Source: Eubacterium sp. UBA5416 (GTDB lineage Bacteria; Bacillota; Clostridia; Lachnospirales; Lachnospiraceae). From it: 64,000 nt of DNA. Below are positions 27,100 through 37,222 of this stretch, piece by piece. How positions within the stretch are numbered: position 1 is the first letter of the stretch; every line of letters begins with the position of its first letter. The stretch lies in contig DHNM01000002.1 in assembly GCA_002409525.1 (NCBI GenBank), positions 512-64,511 on the forward strand, given 5' to 3'. The notes below the pieces were generated by a model that saw only the letters and a program-made list of their open reading frames with translations, did no database searches and was not told the origin of the DNA. The position numbers and the translations under genes are program-made.

Positions 27100-28071
27100 T
27101 CACCATAGTCCCATGTCCGTGACTTTCTTCGTTATCTTATTCGCCGTTACGACCAGAAACATGTTAATTACCGAGTTGAATAATCCAACCGCCGCCGCAT
27201 AACTCCAGTTTGCCTCCAGAAGACCTTTCCTGTATACATACGTTGAGATAACGTCTGCCGTCTCATAAATTCCAGGATTGTAAAGGAGAATAATCTTCTC
27301 ATGTCCGACGCCCATGATTGATCCAATCCTTAATATCAGCATCATGATAATAGTCATCATAATAGACGGAAGGGTCACATGTATCGTCTGCTGCCAGCGG
27401 TTTGCACCGTCAATTCTGGCCGCCTCATACAGTTCCTGATCCACGCTTGACAGTGCGGACAGATAAATGATGGCGTTCCAGCCGATAGTCTGCCACAATC
27501 CCGATATTACGTAGATTGGCACAAAGTAATTCTTATTGGACAGCATGGAAAGTTTCCCGTTAACCAATCCCATCTGAGAAAACATCTGTGTGATAAACCC
27601 ATCGTGATCTACAAACATCCGAACCATCCCGCAGATGACCACCATAGAGATAAAGTGAGGCAGGTATGTAAATGTCTGAAGTGCCCCTTTATACTTACGA
27701 TGTCCCACTTCATTGAGCAAAAGTGCCAGGATAATCGGAGCCGGAAACGTAACAAGCAGGTTTGTAATGCTGATTGTCAGCGTGTTGCGAATCAGCCTTC
27801 GGAAATAGACAGAGTTAAAAAAGTCAATAAAATGTTTCATTCCGAAATGATCTGCCCACGGACTTCCCAAAATTCCCTTAAACGGAACAAATTCCTTGAA
27901 TGCGATAATCACACCATACATCGGTTTGTAACAGAAAATCAGGTAAAAAAGTAAAACAGGAAGAAACATCAGATAGGCGGACTTATTTTTCTTAAGATCC
28001 TTTTTCAGTCTAACCCAGTAGGAAACTCGCGCCGTATCCGGCGCAGTTCCTTTTGTTTTAGATTTCGTCAT
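27100..28071 (-). CDS. Carbohydrate ABC transporter permease (LplB-like)
   Basis: YLPHFISMVV, LYEAARIDGANRW, TADVISTYVYRKG; start moved to ATG 28071 after GAGGGGGAG. Confidence 0.92.
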   Translation of the reverse strand: MTKSKTKGTAPDTARVSYWVRLKKDLKKNKSAYLMFLPVLLFYLIFCYKPMYGVIIAFKEFVPFKGILGSPWADHFGMKHFIDFFNSVYFRRLIRNTLTISITNLLVTFPAPIILALLLNEVGHRKYKGALQTFTYLPHFISMVVICGMVRMFVDHDGFITQMFSQMGLVNGKLSMLSNKNYFVPIYVISGLWQTIGWNAIIYLSALSSVDQELYEAARIDGANRWQQTIHVTLPSIMMTIIMMLILRIGSIMGVGHEKIILLYNPGIYETADVISTYVYRKGLLEANWSYAAAVGLFNSVINMFLVVTANKITKKVTDMGLW

Positions 28072-28084
28072 GTTGCTCCCCCTC

Positions 28085-29740
28085 TTATCGTTTGCTATAC
28101 TCGTCAACCGCACCCTGCAGGATTTCCTGTACTCTGTCAACGCCCATAGATTTTAAGGTATCAACATAGTTATCGTACTGATCAAGAGATTCTTCACCGC
28201 GGACAAACTTTATGATCATCTCATCGCGATAAGTTGTGAGTTCACTTAACAGGCTGGAATATTCACTGGTATCTTCTGCATTAATCGTGACTCTGGGAAG
28301 TTTGTATTCTTTGGCATTGTTAGCGATAAATCTTTCCTTCGCTACAGTCTGTCTCTCATCTTCATTATAAGAATACTTTGAGTCAGAGACGAACGGCCCG
28401 TTTGTATAAGACATAGCATATTCAGCTGTCACCTGCTGGGGCGTCAGACCATCCGGATTATCAAGGACAAGATCGCTGAACTTTAAATCCCCGTCTTTCA
28501 ACTCATAGGTCTTTCCCTCAATCCCATAATTGTAAAGCATATGACCTTCATCTGTGTATCCGTAATTCAGAAACTTTGCCACTTCTTCAGGATTTCTACA
28601 GGAATTTGTAATTGCTGTGACAATTCCGACAACATCATTATTATAATGACCATATAATGGAGTATCACCCTTGTTCGCAACAAGGTTTTTAATTCCTGCC
28701 AGAGAATAATCTGCTACATCTTTATTCGTTGATAACAGGTTTCCCATAAATCCACCCACAGCGCCAACAGACGCACCAGCTTTTCCGGTCAGCATATTTG
28801 CCTTAACGGTCTCATCATCAATCGTCGAAAAGTTCGGATCCAGCAGCTCGTCTTCATACAGCTTATTTAACCATGACAGAACGTCTTTAAACTCTGGCTG
28901 CTCATAGCCGATTACCACCTTGCCATCATCAACATAATTATCCGCGCAAACCAGACCAAATGGAGAGGTCACGATACCTCTTTGCAGCATTTCTATTAGA
29001 GTGTCGCTCTTTAAACAGAAGGGAACCTCTGCCCCTTTCTTCTCCTTGAATGCCTTAAGCAGGTTATAAAACTCATCCGCTGTCTCAGGGAGTTCGAGTC
29101 CAAATTCTTCGCACCAGTCATCGCGAAGAGTCAGTCCATACCCGCCTTTTGCCTCCTCATCTCCTATGATGTAGGCAAAACCATAGATACTTCCATCTGA
29201 TGTCTTAACCTGTTTGAGGATATCCGGCTTCTCGCTGATCGCTTTCCAGTAATCTGGCGCGTTTTCTTTTACAAACTCTTCACTCATCGGATAAATCAAC
29301 CCATCCTGGATCGCTTTCTCTTCCCCGCCGTTATAAAATGATTGGAAATTATATGCCAAAACATCAGGCAGTTCCCCAGATGCCAATAGCAGATTCATAG
29401 CCTGATTCCCCTCCACATGAACCATATCCATATCAAAACCTGTCTTTTTTTCCAGTTCTTGTCCAAGCGGCAGAGCATCAAAGGAATCGTATCGGTCATT
29501 CCATGCACCGGCAAGCTTCATACCGTATGTAAATTTTTCTGCGTCTTTCACGGGATATGTCACTTTTCCCATTTCTGATGAAGATGATTTTGACGATTCA
29601 CTGGTCGTATTTGTCTTTGTACCAGCATCGGTTTTCGCTGAAGTCTCCTCATTTCCCCCACACCCGGTAAGCATTCCTGCCGCCAGGGCACCTGCTGCCA
29701 GCAGCGAAATTCCTTTTCTGATTGATTGTTTTGTTTTCAT
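28085..29740 (-). CDS. Carbohydrate ABC transporter substrate-binding lipoprotein
   Basis: Start at ATG 29740 (MKTKQ) after AGGAGGAG; lipobox LTGC; LLLASGELPD, RDDW...PET.DEFY motifs. Confidence 0.9.
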   Translation of the reverse strand: MKTKQSIRKGISLLAAGALAAGMLTGCGGNEETSAKTDAGTKTNTTSESSKSSSSEMGKVTYPVKDAEKFTYGMKLAGAWNDRYDSFDALPLGQELEKKTGFDMDMVHVEGNQAMNLLLASGELPDVLAYNFQSFYNGGEEKAIQDGLIYPMSEEFVKENAPDYWKAISEKPDILKQVKTSDGSIYGFAYIIGDEEAKGGYGLTLRDDWCEEFGLELPETADEFYNLLKAFKEKKGAEVPFCLKSDTLIEMLQRGIVTSPFGLVCADNYVDDGKVVIGYEQPEFKDVLSWLNKLYEDELLDPNFSTIDDETVKANMLTGKAGASVGAVGGFMGNLLSTNKDVADYSLAGIKNLVANKGDTPLYGHYNNDVVGIVTAITNSCRNPEEVAKFLNYGYTDEGHMLYNYGIEGKTYELKDGDLKFSDLVLDNPDGLTPQQVTAEYAMSYTNGPFVSDSKYSYNEDERQTVAKERFIANNAKEYKLPRVTINAEDTSEYSSLLSELTTYRDEMIIKFVRGEESLDQYDNYVDTLKSMGVDRVQEILQGAVDEYSKR

Positions 29741-29821
29741 ACCTTCTCCTCCTGGTTTTTTATTTCTAATACCACTATATCTTCCCTTATGCAGAATCTG
29801 AAGTGTCAAAAGGCAAAAAAG

Positions 29822-29867
29822 AAGGGCAAAATGTATCTCTAACCCTTCTTTCATACATTTTGTCCTT
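29822..29867. promoter_or_regulatory. 15-bp inverted repeat (operator or terminator) between the AraC and SBP genes
   Basis: aagggcaaaatgtat / atacattttgtcctt, one mismatch, 16-nt spacer; A-tract to its left. Confidence 0.45.
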
Positions 29868-29909
29868 TTGCTTTTACATAATGTCCGGGGAGAAAAGATC
29901 CCCTTTGTA

Positions 29910-32228
29910 TCATATCAAATTTTTATAATCCGCCGACGTCATACCGATCGCTTTGCGAAAGTTTCTGCGGAATGTTCTGGAATTCGCATATCCGACTGCT
30001 CCAGTGATTTCTTCTATCGTCATATCAGTGGTTGTTAAAAGCTTCTTCGCATGTTCAATTCTGACATCATTAATATAATCCAGCAGATTTACTCCTGCCT
30101 GTTCTTTGAATATCCGTGACATATAGCGCGGAGTAATCTTCATCTCATCTGCGATCGCGGATATATTCACATTACTGTCACTGTAGTGTTCCTTTACAAA
30201 TTCTTTGATGGCAGAAGAAAGCATACCTGATTCCTTACTGTCCTGATCAACCGCCCTACAGACCAGACGCAGGAAATCAAAGAATTCAGTTTGCAGGCCA
30301 CTTAAAGTCTCGGAAGTCCTCATTTTTCTCAATACTGCCCAGACAGCATCCTCCTGAACTTCTCCGTCACGAATCAGATCCTGAGATAACATCAGAACAT
30401 GATTAACAATAGCCAGCACATAATAGAGATTTGCGTTAAAAGTTTTCCCGGAGTCTTTCAATTCTTCAAACAATTCTATGCTGATCTCTTTCCCGCGGAC
30501 AATGTCTGCCGCCCTTGCCACCTCTCCAAACTTCTTTCCATAATATTCGAGCCGTCCGATAGATGTAACATCTACCTTATCCACCATCTCTGCCTGTATT
30601 ACACCATCCGGCTGTGTGTAATAACGTTGTTCATTCGTCTCAGTGATCTCTGCATAAGCCGATTCCACATAATCAAAAATATCAAAGATCTCTCCAATTG
30701 TTACCGCCAGATCAGCTTCCAGACGTTTCTGGAAGAAATCATTCAGCCACAGAAATTTCTCCATACTGACATACTGCCACTCTTCCTCCCGGCCCGGATC
30801 AATAAAGAAAAGAAACACGAGAAGCATATCATCCTGTGTCTTCAAATATTGAAATTTGTTATCGAAAAGTTCCTTTGTAATATTGTCAACTAAAAAGGAT
30901 AGCATTTCCTGATCTGTAGTAATCTTGGAAGCCGGACCTTTCTCCGTATTTTGCATACTTACCGTGACAAAGGCAAAGTGTTTTTCTCTATAGTGAGATC
31001 CCAGCAATTCTTCTTCGCCAAGTTTTCTGAAGAAGTTTGTTTTTCCTTTCATAATTGAGAGGAGGCCTAACTCACGGTCATATTCACGGCGCTTTTCCAT
31101 TGAATCCTGCATTACCTGGTTTTCTCGATATAGGTTTAGAAGATTTTTTTCAACTACAGTAAACTCATCTTCCTGATCTTCCGCCCGCTCTGGCAGGATT
31201 TCGATCAACTGACGAACCGGGCGATAATTTCTCCTTTGCAGTATAATCACGGCTGCCACTCCAATCACGGTCCCAGTCAATACGACAAGTAAATTGATAT
31301 TGCGATTTCTTGTCACCTCCGACATAAATGTCTTTTTTGGCATACACGCAATAAATTTCCATCCTGTGATATCTGAACTTGTGCTGGCTCCCACGTACTG
31401 TTCCTCTCCGACTTCAAAGTAAAGGTTCCCTTTTTCGCTTTTCGATTTCACACGTGTTTTAAACTTATCTGTATCAAGTTTCAATTTCTCCCCGTACTGA
31501 CCAAGAACATGATTATTCTCATCCAATATCAGAATACTGTTTCCGAGATTTGCTTCATTTTTCATCAACTGCTCGATAAACTTTATAGACATGGAGACCA
31601 TCAGGTATCCGGAATATTGCTCGCCTGACTCTGGCAGCGGTAGTGCGTAAACCAGATTTTCTTTCCCGTACTTTTTATAACTCATCGTCTTTGAGATTCG
31701 AAATCCATTTTTATCAACTGACAGCTGTTGTCTTAAAGTGTCTAAATCTACAGCAATCCTGCCTCTGGATAGCATCGTATTATGTATATAGCTAAGCTGA
31801 TTCGCCGTGCTTGATGTAATCAGATAATCCCTGTCTTTCAGATATATCATCACCTCAATATCAGGATTAGCACATTGAAACAATCGCATGCTTTTATAAC
31901 AGTCACGCATCTGCCTGTGAAAGACCTCATCATTTCCGGTGCTGAAAGCATACAGAGAATAATCCGGATTCATAAGGTAATAATTAGCCGTCTCCAGAAT
32001 ATCGTCCATTTGGTTATCGATGTTGTACTTTATATTCTGCAGTACAAAGTCGTTCACCTGGTTGATTTTTCGCTCTACCAGGTTTTTATTGATGAGAAAA
32101 TTAATCATCGCACACAAAATCGGTATCATTAATGTAATACATCCCAAGATAATCCATCTGTAGAGAGTACTGTATCTTCTTGCAGACACCCTCTTTGCAA
32201 ACCTTCCTTTCATATATGCCCCTGTCAT
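29910..32228 (-). CDS. Large membrane-anchored AraC family regulator (YesS-like)
   Basis: 772 aa; two hydrophobic helices flanking a sensor-like region; C-terminal ISAIADEMKITPRYMSRIFK...VGYANSRTFRRNFRK. Confidence 0.88.
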   Translation of the reverse strand: MTGAYMKGRFAKRVSARRYSTLYRWIILGCITLMIPILCAMINFLINKNLVERKINQVNDFVLQNIKYNIDNQMDDILETANYYLMNPDYSLYAFSTGNDEVFHRQMRDCYKSMRLFQCANPDIEVMIYLKDRDYLITSSTANQLSYIHNTMLSRGRIAVDLDTLRQQLSVDKNGFRISKTMSYKKYGKENLVYALPLPESGEQYSGYLMVSMSIKFIEQLMKNEANLGNSILILDENNHVLGQYGEKLKLDTDKFKTRVKSKSEKGNLYFEVGEEQYVGASTSSDITGWKFIACMPKKTFMSEVTRNRNINLLVVLTGTVIGVAAVIILQRRNYRPVRQLIEILPERAEDQEDEFTVVEKNLLNLYRENQVMQDSMEKRREYDRELGLLSIMKGKTNFFRKLGEEELLGSHYREKHFAFVTVSMQNTEKGPASKITTDQEMLSFLVDNITKELFDNKFQYLKTQDDMLLVFLFFIDPGREEEWQYVSMEKFLWLNDFFQKRLEADLAVTIGEIFDIFDYVESAYAEITETNEQRYYTQPDGVIQAEMVDKVDVTSIGRLEYYGKKFGEVARAADIVRGKEISIELFEELKDSGKTFNANLYYVLAIVNHVLMLSQDLIRDGEVQEDAVWAVLRKMRTSETLSGLQTEFFDFLRLVCRAVDQDSKESGMLSSAIKEFVKEHYSDSNVNISAIADEMKITPRYMSRIFKEQAGVNLLDYINDVRIEHAKKLLTTTDMTIEEITGAVGYANSRTFRRNFRKAIGMTSADYKNLI

Positions 32229-32710
32229 TTAGTTTTATCCTCCCCCACTTAAACCTTATGATCTTGCAAAACAGTGACCCATATTTCGTAATATCATGCA
32301 TTTCAATTGTATATATAATACTATGGTATTGGCTTTGTTTCAATAATCATTGTTATTTATTTCATAAAAATGGCAAAAAGAAGGATTTCTACAGGCGCTT
32401 TTCATTTCCTGCAAAAATCTTTCTCTCAAATATATGTCATTTCTTTTCCGGCAAGCTATACATTATATCGCCGTATATCCGCCGTCTACCTTCATATTGA
32501 CACCTGTTACATATCCGGAAGCACATCTTAATAAAATCTTTCGATTTACACAACATTTCTTTCACTCTTATCTGATATGATAGTTTTCGTTAAAAAATGG
32601 CATGCTAATAAATGATACAGCTCAATAGGCTGAGTTTTGAATATCTGCAAGATTATAGACGCACGATACTATGAGAGGAATAAGTGCTGATGCACTTTAC
32701 TGGGTGATAT

Positions 32711-35278
32711 ATGACGAACCAAAAACGAGATAATATTCCATGGATACTGGGTGTATTCTTCTGCTTTTTATGCTGGCTTTTTGTAAGGCACGGGATCTTC
32801 GGATCTATGGTGGACTGGATCAGCCAGCACAGTGTATTCCCGGATTATTTTCGCCGGTTATTCTACGAAACCGGGAAGTTGCTTCCGGACTTCGCACCAA
32901 ATATCGGTGGCGGGCAGAATATCTACAACTTTTCCTATTACGGACTCTACAGTCCTGTTGTCCTGTTCTCTTACCTACTGCCATTTGTAAAAATGGGAAC
33001 CTACATTATGGTAAGCAGTGTTGTCTGCTACGTTCTATCAATTGTACTCTTTTATCTGTGGATACGCGGAAAATGTAATAACAAGTGGACTGCCGCTGCA
33101 ATTGCCTGCATGTTCGGTCTTTCGGCACCTCTTCTGTATCAGTCATATAATCAGCTGATGTTTGTAGACTACATGATGTTTCTGATCATCGCCCTGATCG
33201 GTACCGATCAGTACCTGGAAGATAAAAAGAGCGGTCTGTTAATCCTGGGTACTTTTCTCATGATCATGACGAGTTTTTATTTCAGTATCGGAGGACTGAT
33301 CGCTCTGATCTGTTATGGAAGTTCGACCTATCTGGTCAAGGAAAAAGATCTGACATCACGCAGATTTTTTTCCTGTGCACTGGGATATGTATACCGGCTT
33401 GGTATCGCCGTCCTCATGAGTGGGATTCTTCTGATTCCGACTGCATATACACTGGACAGCGGAAGAAAGCAGCCACTTCGCTTAAAACTGCAGTGGCTGA
33501 TCCCGGAATTTAAACCGGCCAGATTTATGTACAGTCCCTATGGCCTGGGCTTATCCGCGTTTGGAGTCACGGTTCTGATCACAGGTTTATTCTACAAAGG
33601 ATGGAGAGAAAAGCTTCTCTCCGCTGAGCTGCTGATTCTGCTTGGCATACCTGTCTTCGGATACCTGCTGAATGGCGGTCTCTATGACAAAGACAAGGTA
33701 TTCATTCCTTTTCTCCCGGTAATCTGCTATCTGACGGTCATTTATCTGGAAAAGATAAGGCAGCAGAAGATGAAACTGTGGTTTTTCATAATCCCGTACC
33801 TGATCACCATCGCCCTGATCTATTTCAGTCGGTTTGATATCAGATATGAGCACAGCTGGACTTACTCCGTAATCGAGGCAGTGATCATGCTCAGCGTATT
33901 CCTGATCTGTATGTATTATAAACGCACGGATCTCCTTCCGGCTCTCACATGCATTGTATTGTTCGTCGTCGGATATGGAATCAGCGTAGAGTCAGACATC
34001 ATAGTTCCGAAAGAATTCTATCGGAGTGTGACCTCAGACTCTTACAAACAGGCGGTCAGAATGACGGCAAAACAGGATTCCTCAATGTACCGCATGGAGC
34101 AATTTGGAAATGCAGACACGGGCAAGGCGAATCTAAACCGAATTCACGATATTCATCAGCACATCGCAAGTTTATATTCGTCTTCCTACAATGCAGACTA
34201 TCAGGAATTTCGCGATCATACCTTCCGGTTAAATGAACCTTTCCGGAATGATATGATGCAGCCGGCAACCGACAATCCACTGTTTCTGCGCTTTATGGGT
34301 GTCAGATATCTGATCACGGATATTCCGCCTGTAGATTATAAACCCGTCTTTCGGGAAAAGGAAGCAGCTGTCTGGAAGAATGAACATGCAGCACCAGTCA
34401 TCTATGCCTCAAACCAGCTGATGTCGGAAGACAGCTATAAGAAACTGGCATTTCCGCAGAATGAAACCGCTCTTTTGCAGGCGGCTGTTGTCCCGGGAAA
34501 AAAAGTGAAACCTGCCAAGATAGAGAATTTTTTCGAACCGTCCGGTCTTACCCTGCCGCTCGTAAGCGAAGAGCATCTTCGAATTTTTCCCGCAAAGGAT
34601 GGAAATGGTTATGAAATTGCAGCAGACCAGAACACGAAAATCAAAGCAAGTATCACTCCGGATGCCAAAAACGATCTCCTGGCTCTCGATTTCTCTGTCA
34701 GGAATCACAGACCAAATGAGAACATGTATATAAAACTGTCGCACCAGGCAAACCGTCTCTCTTCTGAAGAGCATTCCTATGCGAACCACAACGAGAATTT
34801 CACCTACGTTGTCTCCGTTGAACCGGGTACAGATACGGTCAGCATGACCCTTGGAAAAGGAAGGTACCAGATTTATAATATGAAAGCTTACCGCGGTCTC
34901 TCGGAGAGTTTAAATGACACAGGCCTTTATCAGAATACGTTTGAGCCTGATCAGAAATCCAAAAATGACATGACAGATAACACAATTTCCGGTAGTATTG
35001 AGGCCGCACAGGGAAGCTGGCTTATCACCAGCATTCCCTACGATCAGGGATTCACCATTCTGGTGGACGGCAAAAAGGTTCCCGATCAGAAAGTAAACAC
35101 CGCATTTTTAGGGTGCAGACTTCCTGTGGGAAACCATAAGATAACGATCACCTATCATGCTCCCGGATTAAACGCCGGCACCTGTGTGAGCATGCTTGGA
35201 ACTTTGCTGTTTCTTATACTGCTCACGGTCTGGCACTATAAAAATAATAAGAACTTTATCTACTCCGAAGAGGAATGA
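32711..35278 (+). CDS. yfhO: YfhO family membrane protein (GT-C type glycosyltransferase)
   Basis: 855 aa, many TM helices; D..SQH..F, GGGQN....SYYGLYSP, SFYFS, C-terminal TSIPYDQG..I.VDGK....VN.AFLG..L..G.HKI...Y.APG. Confidence 0.85.
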   Translation: MTNQKRDNIPWILGVFFCFLCWLFVRHGIFGSMVDWISQHSVFPDYFRRLFYETGKLLPDFAPNIGGGQNIYNFSYYGLYSPVVLFSYLLPFVKMGTYIMVSSVVCYVLSIVLFYLWIRGKCNNKWTAAAIACMFGLSAPLLYQSYNQLMFVDYMMFLIIALIGTDQYLEDKKSGLLILGTFLMIMTSFYFSIGGLIALICYGSSTYLVKEKDLTSRRFFSCALGYVYRLGIAVLMSGILLIPTAYTLDSGRKQPLRLKLQWLIPEFKPARFMYSPYGLGLSAFGVTVLITGLFYKGWREKLLSAELLILLGIPVFGYLLNGGLYDKDKVFIPFLPVICYLTVIYLEKIRQQKMKLWFFIIPYLITIALIYFSRFDIRYEHSWTYSVIEAVIMLSVFLICMYYKRTDLLPALTCIVLFVVGYGISVESDIIVPKEFYRSVTSDSYKQAVRMTAKQDSSMYRMEQFGNADTGKANLNRIHDIHQHIASLYSSSYNADYQEFRDHTFRLNEPFRNDMMQPATDNPLFLRFMGVRYLITDIPPVDYKPVFREKEAAVWKNEHAAPVIYASNQLMSEDSYKKLAFPQNETALLQAAVVPGKKVKPAKIENFFEPSGLTLPLVSEEHLRIFPAKDGNGYEIAADQNTKIKASITPDAKNDLLALDFSVRNHRPNENMYIKLSHQANRLSSEEHSYANHNENFTYVVSVEPGTDTVSMTLGKGRYQIYNMKAYRGLSESLNDTGLYQNTFEPDQKSKNDMTDNTISGSIEAAQGSWLITSIPYDQGFTILVDGKKVPDQKVNTAFLGCRLPVGNHKITITYHAPGLNAGTCVSMLGTLLFLILLTVWHYKNNKNFIYSEEE

Positions 35279-36249
35279 TCAAAGCTGGCGAGCGGATGCC
35301 AGCACAATACCTGCCGTCCGCAGCCTTTTTTCATATCCGGCCTTTTTTTGCGGCATTCCTCTGTCACATAAGGACACCTGGGCGAGAAGCGGCATCCCAT
35401 AAGAGAATATTCTTTCTCTTCTTCACCCGGAAGTGTCAGTTCCTCCTCCCATTTATCACCGATTCTTGGAACCGCATCCAGCAGCAGCCTGGTATAGGGA
35501 TGAGCCGGATGATCCATGATCTGACTCGCCTCCCCGTATTCGATCAGGCAGCCCCGGTAGATTGTGGCGATAAAGTCGGATACGTAGTAAGCAGTCGACA
35601 GGTCATGGGTGACATAGATAAAAGAAACATGATATTGATCCTTTAACTCTTTAAAGAGGTTGACGATGTTCATCTTCATGGATGCGTCAATTGCCGCAAC
35701 CGGTTCATCCGCGATGATCAGTTTCGGGCGTGTAATCAAAGCCCGGGCTATAGAGATTCGCTGCAGCTCCCCTCCGGAAAACTGTGCGGGGTATTTTCCC
35801 CGTATAACCGAAAGTGACATTCCAACACTGTGCAGAGTCTCATCGATCAGAGCTTCCGCTTTCTGTCTGTCTTTACAGATACCAAGACGTATTGCTGTAT
35901 TGAACAGATAGCTGTCTACAGACTTTCGCATGGAAAACGTTTCATATGGATTTTGAAAGATTGGCTGTACATCCAGTCGAAACTGCCTTGGATCATATTC
36001 TTTTTTGTCCGAGTAGGATTTTCCATCAAGCCGGATCTCGCCCCGGTCTGCCTGATACATGCGAAGAATCATCTTGCAGAGCGTTGTTTTTCCACATCCG
36101 GATTCTCCGACCAGAGATAAGATCACAGGTTCTTCTGCATCAATATCCAAAGAGACATCATCCACCGCCACCAGTTTTTTTCTGCTTAACATACCGCCAA
36201 TTCGAAATACTTTACTCACATTTTTTAGTTCCAGGAGTTTTTCCGACAT
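35260..36249 (-). CDS. Opp/Dpp-type ABC transporter ATP-binding protein (OppF-like)
   Basis: GESGCGKT, FSGGELQR, IIADEP, HPYT...GCRFSPRCP; ATG 36249 coupled to the upstream stop (TGATG). Confidence 0.93.
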   Translation of the reverse strand: MSEKLLELKNVSKVFRIGGMLSRKKLVAVDDVSLDIDAEEPVILSLVGESGCGKTTLCKMILRMYQADRGEIRLDGKSYSDKKEYDPRQFRLDVQPIFQNPYETFSMRKSVDSYLFNTAIRLGICKDRQKAEALIDETLHSVGMSLSVIRGKYPAQFSGGELQRISIARALITRPKLIIADEPVAAIDASMKMNIVNLFKELKDQYHVSFIYVTHDLSTAYYVSDFIATIYRGCLIEYGEASQIMDHPAHPYTRLLLDAVPRIGDKWEEELTLPGEEEKEYSLMGCRFSPRCPYVTEECRKKRPDMKKGCGRQVLCWHPLASFDHSSSE

Positions 36250-37220
36250 CACTCCACCTCCCTCTCATTATGATGGCAGGCGGCATAGCGTCCCTTTTCC
36301 ACCTCTACAAGCTCTGGCACTTCCTGCCGGCACAGATCTGTGGCTTTCGGACACCTCGGAGCAAAACGACAGCCGGGCGGCGGATTTTTCAGTGCCGGAG
36401 GACGGCCGGGAATTCCCGCTTTCTGTGATTTATCGCCCACACGGGGAAGCGAATCCACCAGCATTTTCGTATAAGGGTGAATCGGATCCCGGAAAATATC
36501 CCCGGTGCGCCCAATCTCAGCGAAGCTTCCCGAATACATAATTCCCATACGGTCTGTCACCTGATAATGGACACCCATATCATGACTGACCAGTACAATG
36601 GTATTCTGAAACTGTCTCTGCAGGCGCATCAGCAACATTAATATTCCCTTTTGGACCACCACATCCAATGCCGTAGTCGGTTCGTCTGCCAGGACAACAC
36701 CCGGAGACATAAAAGTGGCAAGTGCGATAATCACACGCTGACGCATTCCTCCGGAAAGCTGGAAAGGATAGGCTTCCAGGATATCGGGAGATAACTGTAG
36801 TTCTTCCAGATACTTTTTCACACGGTTTAAAACTTCCTCCTCCGTTTCATTTCCACGCTGTTCCTTCGGAATCGAATCCAGGAACTGCCGTTTGATTCGG
36901 ACAATCGGATTGAGCACACTCTGTGCAGCCTGCGGCACATAGGTGATATTCTCCCACCATGTCTTACGGATATTTCCTGTCTCATAATGGAACTCTTTTC
37001 CATTCTTCTCCCCGGTAAGCATTACTTTTCCCGAATCAATCTGAAGCGGATATTCCGTGATATCATAGATTGTTTTCAGCAGAGTTGTCTTGCCGCATCC
37101 GGATTCACCGGCAATCCCGAAGATCTCATTGTCATGGATCTTAAGATTCAGATCATTTAAAGTGAGCACATCTTTATCCATGGTTTTATAGGAGGCTGAA
37201 AGATGATCAATTGTAAGCAT
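36249..37220 (-). CDS. Opp/Dpp-type ABC transporter ATP-binding protein (OppD-like)
   Basis: GESGCGKT, YPFQLSGGMRQR, ADEPTTALDVVVQ, GCRFAPRCP. Confidence 0.93.
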   Translation of the reverse strand: MLTIDHLSASYKTMDKDVLTLNDLNLKIHDNEIFGIAGESGCGKTTLLKTIYDITEYPLQIDSGKVMLTGEKNGKEFHYETGNIRKTWWENITYVPQAAQSVLNPIVRIKRQFLDSIPKEQRGNETEEEVLNRVKKYLEELQLSPDILEAYPFQLSGGMRQRVIIALATFMSPGVVLADEPTTALDVVVQKGILMLLMRLQRQFQNTIVLVSHDMGVHYQVTDRMGIMYSGSFAEIGRTGDIFRDPIHPYTKMLVDSLPRVGDKSQKAGIPGRPPALKNPPPGCRFAPRCPKATDLCRQEVPELVEVEKGRYAACHHNEREVE

Positions 37221-37222
37221 AG

